Below, piece after piece: positions 1 to 6,776 of a stretch of 10,206 nucleotides of DNA. Numbering within the stretch: the first letter of the stretch is position 1; each line of letters opens with the position of its first letter. The stretch comes from Thermoproteota archaeon. GTDB lineage: Archaea; Thermoproteota; EX4484-205; JAAOZP01. The notes below the pieces were generated by a model. The model did not search any database. It had not been told where the DNA came from and saw nothing but the letters and a program-made list of their open reading frames with translations. The stretch is from NCBI GenBank assembly GCA_049700215.1, contig JBNAVT010000048.1, forward strand, positions 1 to 10,206. The letters run 5' to 3'. The position numbers and the translations under genes were made by a program.

Positions 1-278
1 AGGCTCCTCCCGTCCCAGCTTAGCCTGAAGTCCTCAATCCTCCCGGGAAGATCTTCGGTTATGCTTAGAACCCCAGGCCCAGTGTTTTCTAAGACGAGTT
101 TTTTAACACTAGTCTCGCCTTTAATCGTTGACAGCGAGAGCCTCAACCCTTCGCGGGTTCTTCTCAAAACTATTTTTAAAGTGTTGCCTGGAATGCTTAC
201 TTCAGCCTCACCCGGCTCCAGTTTCTCCAAGAGGAGCGTATTCTCCTTCTCCAAATAAACGCAGCTAGGCCCCTCCAT
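1..278 (-). CDS. hypothetical protein, N-terminal part (runs off the left edge)
   Basis: Not in the ORF track. Hand translation from ATG at 278 gives 92 open codons to the edge (MEGPSCVYLEKENTLLLEKLEPGEAEVSIPGNTLKIVLRRTREGLRLSLSTIKGETSVKKLVLENTGPGVLSITEDLPGRIEDFRLSWDGRS...). Host-like codon use (GAG/AAG/AGG). Divergent from the gene at 341. No family recognised. Confidence 0.6.
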   Translation of the reverse strand, partial: MEGPSCVYLEKENTLLLEKLEPGEAEVSIPGNTLKIVLRRTREGLRLSLSTIKGETSVKKLVLENTGPGVLSITEDLPGRIEDFRLSWDGRS

Positions 279-313
279 GTCCCTCTAAAAAGGTTATGAG
301 TTTGAGATAAGTG

Positions 314-319
314 TTTAAA
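314..319 (+). promoter_or_regulatory. putative TATA box for the phosphodiesterase gene
   Basis: TTTAAA about 22-27 nt upstream of ATG 341, the spacing typical of leaderless archaeal transcripts. Supports 341 rather than 311 as the start. Confidence 0.45.
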
Positions 320-340
320 GGGGGAATTCTTATTCTTCAC

Positions 341-1630
341 ATGCCAACCGTCTGGGAGAACGCGGTTGAGGAGCTTCGGCTGAGAAGAATAACCGACGGC
401 CTGTTCATCCCAGGGTACGACGGCTTCGCCCTCTCAAACTTATCCAACAGCCTCATGAAGCTTATGGGTGCTAAGCCCCCTGGGAGAAGGCTTAGCAACG
501 ATTTTCTAACAGACTTCAAAAACGCTAGCAAGATTGTTCTACTAGTCATAGATGCGATGGGGCTTAACGTCTTTGAAAAGGCTTCTGAAGGGCTTAAACG
601 CTTCCTAAACGGTTTGTTCGCGAAAAGAGGCATCCCCGTAAGGGCTTTAACATCCGTCTTTCCGTCGACAACCTCGGCTGCACTGACGAGCCTCAACACT
701 GGGTTAAGCCCTCAGGAGCACGGCGTAGTGGCTTACACGCTCTTCATGAAGGAACTCGGCTCAATGGTTAACATGATTTCCCTAAGCCCTGTTAACGATG
801 AGAGGAGGAACAGGATTTTCGAGCTCGGCATGGACGCTGAAAGGATACTTGGAGTAAAGGTTCTGACGGAGAAGCTTTGGGAAGCAGGGGTTGAATCCAA
901 AACCATAATTAGGTACGGCATAAGGAACAGCGGTCTTTCGACACTGATCTACAAGGGTTCTAAGATAGTCCCCGCCTTAACCAGCGTGGATTTCGCTATA
1001 AACCTCGCTAGGCTCATAAACGATAGGACCACGGGATTCATAGTAGCCTACTGGGATAGTTTCGACGGCCAGTCGCATTACTATGGGCCGTTCAGCACTG
1101 AGGCTGAGCTCGAGCTCCTAAACACCCTGACCCTTGTAAGAGAAGCCTTCAGCAGGGTTAAGCCAGATGCTGCCAGGGAGACGCTCCTCGTGATGACTTC
1201 AGACCACGGCCAGTCAAGGGTTAGGGACGACAAGTCGATCAGGCTTAACAGTTTAAAATGGCTTAAAGATTCCCTCGTAATGCCCCCCGCCGGCGAGTCC
1301 AGGGCAGCCTACCTGTATCTCAAGAAGGGTGTTGAAGGGTTTGAGAGAAAGTTCCGCAGGGAGACTCGAGGCATCTCTCTGTTTAAATCCAGCATGCTGC
1401 TGGATAAAGGTGTTTTCGGAACAGGCGGGGTGAAGCCATGTGTACCAGACAGGATTGGAGACTATACTGCACTTTCTAAGGACGAGAGCAGACTCGTGTT
1501 CCACTACGATTTGAAGGAGAGAATGGAGCCGGAGTTCGTAAGAGCGGGGGCACACGGCTCACTAACGCTGGATGAGCTTTTAGTGCCATTCATCGCGTGC
1601 AGGCTTTCAAGCCTCTCGGAGCATGGCTAA
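341..1630 (+). CDS. alkaline phosphatase superfamily protein (type I phosphodiesterase / nucleotide pyrophosphatase-like)
   Basis: Motifs LLVIDAMG, TSVFPSTTSAALTSLNTG (catalytic Thr), DGQSH, TSDHG and GAHGSLTLDELLVP give a complete two-metal site. ORF track start is GTG 311; ATG 341 preferred. Confidence 0.88.
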   Translation: MPTVWENAVEELRLRRITDGLFIPGYDGFALSNLSNSLMKLMGAKPPGRRLSNDFLTDFKNASKIVLLVIDAMGLNVFEKASEGLKRFLNGLFAKRGIPVRALTSVFPSTTSAALTSLNTGLSPQEHGVVAYTLFMKELGSMVNMISLSPVNDERRNRIFELGMDAERILGVKVLTEKLWEAGVESKTIIRYGIRNSGLSTLIYKGSKIVPALTSVDFAINLARLINDRTTGFIVAYWDSFDGQSHYYGPFSTEAELELLNTLTLVREAFSRVKPDAARETLLVMTSDHGQSRVRDDKSIRLNSLKWLKDSLVMPPAGESRAAYLYLKKGVEGFERKFRRETRGISLFKSSMLLDKGVFGTGGVKPCVPDRIGDYTALSKDESRLVFHYDLKERMEPEFVRAGAHGSLTLDELLVPFIACRLSSLSEHG

Positions 1631-1793
1631 GACATCAAGCCTCCCTAGCTGGGAACCAGTTGAAAAACATTTGGAGAAAGTATTCTTGAAAACAGTTGAA
1701 AAGGATTCTGGTTTAGATTATAACACACGCCAGCTGGTTTAGAGGTTTGATTCACCGGCTTTTAATCGCTAAGAAGGCTTATTCAGAGTACCC

Positions 1794-2207
1794 TTAATAC
1801 CTCCTCCTTGAACCACGGTTGAACCTTCTGCCGCCGTAGTACCCCCCTGAAACCTCTTTCTCAGACATGTTGTTGGAGGTGTCGACGCTTCCTATCTGGG
1901 CGTCGCTCTTCTCTATGGAACCATACTTACCCACGTTTAGCCTAAGGGTTCTTTGAAAAACTGTTACGTAACCGTTTTTAATCATTATAACGTCGTCCGG
2001 CTTAACTAGGTCGATGTTCTCATTCCAGAGGGTCAGCAGTATTGTCCCTGTTTCGTCACCGATCTTTGCTTCCGCAACCCTGTTCGTTGAGCCTCCGTAC
2101 CTAGATGCCACTTCTCTCGCTTCGGAGAGTGAGAGCACCTTGGCGAGAAGGTTTACGTGTTTGGAGTCGGTGTTAAGGTCTTTAACCTTAACAAGCTGCT
2201 CCGCCAC
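1794..2207 (-). CDS. ssb: single-stranded DNA-binding protein, crenarchaeal single OB-fold type
   Basis: KVKDL...VNLLAKV...VAEAKIGDETGTILLTLWN...IKNGYV...LRLNVGKYGSI matches Sulfolobus-type SSB, followed by a Gly/Arg-rich tail. GTG start with purine-rich GGAGATGAG upstream. Confidence 0.92.
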   Translation of the reverse strand: MAEQLVKVKDLNTDSKHVNLLAKVLSLSEAREVASRYGGSTNRVAEAKIGDETGTILLTLWNENIDLVKPDDVIMIKNGYVTVFQRTLRLNVGKYGSIEKSDAQIGSVDTSNNMSEKEVSGGYYGGRRFNRGSRRRY

Positions 2208-2240
2208 TTCTTCTCATCTCCGCAAATCCATTCCTAAGGC

Positions 2241-2258
2241 TATATTTAACCTTTCCCC
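2241..2258 (-). promoter_or_regulatory. BRE-TATA promoter for ssb
   Basis: Minus strand reads GGGGAAAGG-TTAAATATA, a purine-rich BRE next to a TATA box, upstream of the GTG at 2207. Confidence 0.6.
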
Positions 2259-2263
2259 CTTTG

Positions 2264-2277
2264 GAAAAGCTTATCTT
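2264..2277 (+). promoter_or_regulatory. putative BRE-TATA promoter for the first Lrp/AsnC-domain gene
   Basis: GAAAAG-CTTATCTT ends about 26 nt before ATG 2303 and is back-to-back with the ssb promoter. Confidence 0.45.
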
Positions 2278-2302
2278 GAGACACGCATCATTCTAACATA
2301 CT

Positions 2303-2536
2303 ATGGAGGCAGTAATACTCGTAAGGGTTTCAAGCAGCTTCCAAGGCAACATTGGAAAAGTCCTTCAAATAAAAGGGGTGAAAAAGGTTTACGAGTTGAC
2401 GGGAGACATAGACCTCCTCGTCGAGGTTGAAGCACCTTCTGAAGTGGAACTTAGGAGGATAGTCGACGAGATCCTTAGCGTTAAAGGCGTGGAATCGACT
2501 GACACTCGCATAGTATTGTCACACATCGTCAAATAG
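2303..2536 (+). CDS. stand-alone Lrp/AsnC ligand-binding (RAM) domain protein, copy 1
   Basis: 77 aa with the pattern AVILVRV...IKGVKKVYELTGDIDLLVEV...IVDEILSVKGVESTDTRIVL. No HTH domain. Confidence 0.88.
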   Translation: MEAVILVRVSSSFQGNIGKVLQIKGVKKVYELTGDIDLLVEVEAPSEVELRRIVDEILSVKGVESTDTRIVLSHIVK

Positions 2537-2577
2537 GAAAAACATATATGGCTGCTTGCACTTCGTGAACCCTAGGA

Positions 2578-2823
2578 ATGCAGGCTTTCGTACTCGCTAA
2601 AATAGGTAAGGGGTTTGACAGGGAGAAGGTTATGGAGAAGCTTCTTAGCATCGATGAGGTTAGAGAGGTTATGGAGTTGACAGGAGACATAGACCTGCTG
2701 GTTAGGGTCGACGTGCTCGACGTCGAGAGGCTTATGAAGACGGTTTTAAAAATTAGAAGCGTGGAAACCATTGTTACGACGGATACTCGCGTAGTACTCT
2801 CGGTTGAGCGGGCTAAGGTTTAA
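2578..2823 (+). CDS. stand-alone Lrp/AsnC ligand-binding (RAM) domain protein, copy 2
   Basis: 81 aa: AFVLAKI...IDEVREVMELTGDIDLLVRV...KIRSVETIVTTDTRVVL. Paralog of 2303-2536, no HTH domain. Confidence 0.88.
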   Translation: MQAFVLAKIGKGFDREKVMEKLLSIDEVREVMELTGDIDLLVRVDVLDVERLMKTVLKIRSVETIVTTDTRVVLSVERAKV

Positions 2824-2834
2824 AACCTTTCCCC
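2815..2834. promoter_or_regulatory. 15-bp palindrome overlapping a TATA-like element upstream of the HAD gene
   Basis: AAGGTTT-A-AAACCTT (2815-2829) is a perfect 7-bp inverted repeat containing TTTAAAA about 30 nt before ATG 2856. The minus strand also reads as BRE-TATA (GGGGAAAGG-TTTTAAA). Confidence 0.45.
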
Positions 2835-2855
2835 AATGCTGGCTATGCGACTCAG

Positions 2856-3527
2856 ATGATTGAAGCAGTACTGTTCGACTTGGACGGGACCCTTATAGAG
2901 TTCAACTATGATCTTGGTTCAGCCAGGACGATAGGTATAGCTAAGCTGTTGGAAATGGGTGTTGACAGGAGGATCCTCTCGGAATCTAAGCCTATCGCTA
3001 TAAACATTGAGGACGCGGTTGAATTCATGAGGAGAAAGGGCTTGAGTGAAGATGAGTTGAAATTCTTGAGGAGGAAGGTCTATGAGGCTGTGGAGGCTTT
3101 GGAGCTTAGGGCTGCTGAGAAACCGGTTGCTAGGAACGGTGTTTCAGAACTTCTTTCATGGCTTAAAGAGCGTGAAGTCAAGACAGCGGTCTGCACCAAC
3201 AATTGCAGGAAGGCGGTTGAAATAGTTCTTGAAAAAACAGGCTTGAAAAAATTTTTCAACGATGTTTTCACGAGAAACGATGTTGACAGGCTTAAGCCTT
3301 TCCCAGACCTTATCCTTAAGGCTTGTGAAAAACTCGGTGTCCATCCTTGGGAAACCGTCCACGTGGGAGACTCCCCTATAGATATTGAGGCCGCTGTGAA
3401 AGCCGGAGTTAAGCCGATAGGGATGGTTTCCAGCCTCAGCAGTGCTGAAAGGCTCAGAGACGCTGGTGCAGAGACCGTGGCTTTAAACCCGTATGAGCTT
3501 AGGGAGCTCCTGTCCGCTTGGATTTAG
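2856..3527 (+). CDS. HAD-superfamily hydrolase (phosphoglycolate phosphatase-like)
   Basis: Motif I FDLDGT, motif II CTNN, motif III KPFPD, motif IV VGDSPIDI. Substrate not predictable. Confidence 0.9.
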   Translation: MIEAVLFDLDGTLIEFNYDLGSARTIGIAKLLEMGVDRRILSESKPIAINIEDAVEFMRRKGLSEDELKFLRRKVYEAVEALELRAAEKPVARNGVSELLSWLKEREVKTAVCTNNCRKAVEIVLEKTGLKKFFNDVFTRNDVDRLKPFPDLILKACEKLGVHPWETVHVGDSPIDIEAAVKAGVKPIGMVSSLSSAERLRDAGAETVALNPYELRELLSAWI

Positions 3528-3536
3528 CATGCCATA

Positions 3537-3551
3537 GAAAAATATTATATA
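3537..3551 (+). promoter_or_regulatory. BRE-TATA promoter for the Ino1-like gene
   Basis: GAAAAA-TATTATATA ends about 23 nt before ATG 3574 (leaderless spacing). Confidence 0.6.
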
Positions 3552-3573
3552 CTAGTAAAATAGCTTTTTATTC

Positions 3574-4629
3574 ATGGCGGGCAGGCGAATAAGAGTCGCG
3601 ATCATAGGAGTGGGAAACTGCGCCTCAGCAGTCATACAAGGCCTATACTACTACTCTACAAACCCTGAGAAGGAGGGGTTGTGGCACCCCGTCGTCGGAG
3701 GCTATAGAGTCAGCGATATTGAGATCGCTGCAGCCGTAGACATAGACGCTAGGAAGGTTGGGAAAGATGTTTCTGAAGCAGTTTTCTCAGAGCCCAACAC
3801 TTTTGAGAAACACTTCGCAATACCCAAGACCGGTGTCGTGGTGGAGGGTGGGCTACTGGAGGATGAGCTAAACCCGTATCTCGCCTCCACGGTTAAACCC
3901 GTGAAACAGGATAGGGGGAGTATAGTCGAATACTTGAGGGAAAACCGTGTGGAAATAGCTTTAAACATGATTTCCAGCGGTCTCAACAATTCTTCCCTAG
4001 CGTATGCTGAGGCGGCGTGCGAGGCTGGGGCAAGCTTCGTGAACACTACTCCGACGATCATCGCTACAAACCCTGTTGTGATTGAAAGATTCAGGGGGAG
4101 GAGGCTCGTAGTGGTTGGGGACGATCTTATGAGCCAGCTTGGTGGAACAGCCTTCCACAGAGGGCTTGTAGCACTTCTAAAGTCCAGGGGGATTAAGCCG
4201 GTTAAAAGTTATCAGCTTGACGTGGGAGGAGGGCTGGAGACTTTGAACACGATGCACGAGGACCTTAGAGATTTCAAGAAGCAGATTAAAACATCATCCA
4301 TAGTTGAGGAGGCGGAGGAGGGCTGGGAAGTGGTTTCCGGAACAACAGACTACGTTGACTTCCTTAGGAACAATAGGGTTACCTACCTCCAGTTTAACGC
4401 TACGGGCTTCATGGGCGGCGGCTTCACCGTAAACGTTAGCCTTAGGTCTAACGACGGGCTTAACGCGGGAAACATAATACTGGATGTTGTGAGGGCTGTT
4501 GCAAAGGCCATGGAAGACGGGCTTAGCGGGAACGTCGGCGAGATCTCCAACTACGGTTTCAAGAAGACGCTTGAGAGGAAAAGGCTTGCTGAAGCCACCG
4601 CTGTATTCCAGTCTAAATACTGCGGCTGA
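3574..4629 (+). CDS. myo-inositol-1-phosphate synthase family protein (divergent paralog)
   Basis: Rossmann motif VAIIGVGNCASA, then DIDARKVGKDVSEAVF, FVN, GDD..SQLGGT and YQL.VGG, matching the bacterial/archaeal Ino1 layout. Several active-site motifs deviate (see findings), so no gene symbol is given. Confidence 0.85.
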   Translation: MAGRRIRVAIIGVGNCASAVIQGLYYYSTNPEKEGLWHPVVGGYRVSDIEIAAAVDIDARKVGKDVSEAVFSEPNTFEKHFAIPKTGVVVEGGLLEDELNPYLASTVKPVKQDRGSIVEYLRENRVEIALNMISSGLNNSSLAYAEAACEAGASFVNTTPTIIATNPVVIERFRGRRLVVVGDDLMSQLGGTAFHRGLVALLKSRGIKPVKSYQLDVGGGLETLNTMHEDLRDFKKQIKTSSIVEEAEEGWEVVSGTTDYVDFLRNNRVTYLQFNATGFMGGGFTVNVSLRSNDGLNAGNIILDVVRAVAKAMEDGLSGNVGEISNYGFKKTLERKRLAEATAVFQSKYCG

Positions 4630-4908
4630 CTAGTCTTTCTCAGCGATAAGCCTAAGGTCCAGTGATTTATCGCCCAGCCTAATGACCTCTATCCCAATTA
4701 TTTTCAGGCTTATTTTAAGATCCTTAGACCTAACCATCATCCTCTTGGGGTTTGAGGGCGAAACCTCCTTAGCCTCCTTAAGGAAAACGCTGAGAGGGAT
4801 GAGCTCGTCACCCCACTCCACCGCCTTAGTTGGAGAAGGATCTCCGACCTCGTGGAGCATAAGGGTTAACTCAACCTCGTACTCTCCCCCAGCCCATCTT
4901 TTAAACAT
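4630..4908 (-). CDS. hypothetical protein (92 aa)
   Basis: ATG 10 nt downstream of the DUF123 stop on the same strand. Its stop abuts the Ino1-like stop. Plausible globular composition, no family recognised. Confidence 0.6.
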   Translation of the reverse strand: MFKRWAGGEYEVELTLMLHEVGDPSPTKAVEWGDELIPLSVFLKEAKEVSPSNPKRMMVRSKDLKISLKIIGIEVIRLGDKSLDLRLIAEKD

Positions 4909-4918
4909 GCGTTTAACA

Positions 4919-5380
4919 CTACGACGGGCTTATTAAAGCCTCTGGGTTGAAAATCCTAAACCGTATACCGCTCCTCCTCAATCCGCACGCTATTCTTTCA
5001 ACAGTCTTCCTTGCACCCTCATTGGAAGACAGAAGGTGTGAGAAATCACTCGGGGAGTCGGTTGCCCCAAACCCTTTAACCACCTTAACGAAGCCAAGGG
5101 AGGGAAGCATGCGTGCAAGCCTAGACTCCCCATGTCGAAGGGGAGCATAGATGATGCTTTTAACCTCGACAGTCCTGAGCCTCGTTAAATAGTCAATGTG
5201 CCACCTAGCCTTCTTACGCTTCCTTAGGTGTCTAAAAACCCTTTTCTCAAAGCCACCTGGACCCATGGCGGAGCCTACGTAAACATAGCAGCCGGGGGGA
5301 AGCCTGACCCTTGGGAGAGAACCCGGTTTAAAACATGTGCCTCTCTCGACTGAAATAACAAGAATATAGGTTCCTTTCAA
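4919..5380 (-). CDS. DUF123 / GIY-YIG (Uri superfamily) endonuclease
   Basis: KGTYIL...[20 protein letters not shown]...WHIDYL...E...GFGATD...SHL. Start moved from 5386 to TTG 5380 because GGTGG (5391-5387) is then a correctly spaced SD sequence. Confidence 0.85.
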   Translation of the reverse strand: MKGTYILVISVERGTCFKPGSLPRVRLPPGCYVYVGSAMGPGGFEKRVFRHLRKRKKARWHIDYLTRLRTVEVKSIIYAPLRHGESRLARMLPSLGFVKVVKGFGATDSPSDFSHLLSSNEGARKTVERIACGLRRSGIRFRIFNPEALISPS

Positions 5381-5422
5381 AAACAACCACCTGAATCAGA
5401 ATGCTTAAGAAACTCCAAGCTG

Positions 5423-5998
5423 ATGAGAAAAGTGTTGGCGAACGAGAGGAATAGGGAGCAGCAGCTCGACCCTGAGAGACTCAGGATGATAGAGGTTGCT
5501 GCAAACCCGCATAGGATTAGGATAATTATGGAGCTGCTGAACAGGGAGGGCACAGCGGCGTCGCTCTCCAAAGCCCTAGGATACTCCAGGCAGCTCGTAG
5601 ACCACCATCTGGAAACATTGGAGAGAAGCAGGCTAGTGTTGAGAAGAAAGGTTGGAAACGTCGAGATGTATAATGCTACGGAGGCTGCGAGAGCGATAGT
5701 CACGGAAATACTGAGGATGCATTCTGAAATAGGAAGAGCTGAGGAAGGCGAGACAGTGACAGTGACGCATCCTGGAGCCGGGGGAACAGGGGAAGGCGAG
5801 AAGGCTGCAAAGGTTAAGCATGCGGCTATTGGTTTAAGACCTAGGAGGCTCATACCCCTAGTCATAGGAATCTCAACAATACTCGTAGCATCCGCTGAAG
5901 CGATCCGTGCAGGAGTCTACACCTATATTCTCGGAGGAGTCCTGCTCGGCATTCTTCTCTACGCGGGGGCTTCAATGCTCATCCGGCTTCTAGAATAG
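5423..5998 (+). CDS. ArsR-like winged-helix regulator with C-terminal transmembrane hairpin
   Basis: [13 protein letters not shown]...[29 protein letters not shown]...VEMY is an ArsR-type wHTH. A G/E/T-rich linker is followed by two hydrophobic segments ([16 protein letters not shown]; [23 protein letters not shown]). Exact start uncertain (5423/5432/5435/5486). Confidence 0.78.
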   Translation: MRKVLANERNREQQLDPERLRMIEVAANPHRIRIIMELLNREGTAASLSKALGYSRQLVDHHLETLERSRLVLRRKVGNVEMYNATEAARAIVTEILRMHSEIGRAEEGETVTVTHPGAGGTGEGEKAAKVKHAAIGLRPRRLIPLVIGISTILVASAEAIRAGVYTYILGGVLLGILLYAGASMLIRLLE

Positions 5999-6773
5999 TA
6001 CATTCAACACCGGCCTCACCCCTTATCATGCGGCTTAAAGCACCCGGACGGGTCAGATTCCCTATCAAAACTCTGACACCTCTTTCAGTAGCGTAAAAAC
6101 CCTCCTCAATCTTCCTGTAGATCCCCCCGGTGACGTCGCCCGGCCTAAGCGAGGCTGTGAGGCCCGGCATCATGCTCCTCCTCAAACGCGGAATCAGGCT
6201 TGCACCAGGGTCAAGCCTAGGGTCGCCTGTGAAGACGCCGTCCACATCAGTCCCGTAGACAAGCTTAAAGGCGCCGAGCTTAACGGCGAGAAACGAGGCC
6301 AACTGGTCCCCGGAAACTATTGTAAACCTTTTCTCAGAAGAATCCATAGCAATGTCTCCTGGGATTAGTGGCACGAGGCCTAGGCTGAGCATCATTTTCA
6401 GCGGCTCAGTGAAAAAGCTTTCTATCCTTCCCGACGAGCAGGTTAAGCAGCTGACAGGAGTCACCGGTACTGCTGGAACACCGTGTGAAGCGAGGCTCGC
6501 GAGAATGAGCTGGGTCAGCTCGTTCATCCTTAGCTTAACCTTCGACAGCCCTATGAGCTGGCCTGGTTGAAGATAACCCTCGGCTACACGATACTCTGAA
6601 GCAACCACGTGCCCGTATGAGCCTCCGCCGTGAACAAGAATAAGATTATAATCCTGGAGGAGCTCTGAAACCTGTTTCGAAACCTGCTCTATCACAGGAG
6701 TGTTAGGCGTGAAGGGCTCATCTTTCCTGGTCACCACGCTTCCCCCTAGCTTAACAATCACCAGAGGCCTCAT
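5979..6773 (-). CDS. ipk: isopentenyl phosphate kinase (amino acid kinase family; archaeal mevalonate pathway)
   Basis: [19 protein letters not shown] (IPK-signature His), PGD, SGD, TDVDGVF and DVTGGI..K motifs. Lies 3 nt downstream of a prenyltransferase gene. Confidence 0.9.
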   Translation of the reverse strand: MRPLVIVKLGGSVVTRKDEPFTPNTPVIEQVSKQVSELLQDYNLILVHGGGSYGHVVASEYRVAEGYLQPGQLIGLSKVKLRMNELTQLILASLASHGVPAVPVTPVSCLTCSSGRIESFFTEPLKMMLSLGLVPLIPGDIAMDSSEKRFTIVSGDQLASFLAVKLGAFKLVYGTDVDGVFTGDPRLDPGASLIPRLRRSMMPGLTASLRPGDVTGGIYRKIEEGFYATERGVRVLIGNLTRPGALSRMIRGEAGVECTILEAG

Positions 6774-6776
6774 TTT

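Noticed and set aside
61-258. 65-aa + strand ORF
   Set aside because: Ser/Phe/Leu-rich antisense shadow of the minus-strand gene starting at 278.
5421-5475. Possible C/D box sRNA (TGATGA ... CTGA, 55 nt)
   Set aside because: Lies within the regulator's 5' coding region, internal D'/C' boxes are poor, and I recognise no rRNA or tRNA complementarity.
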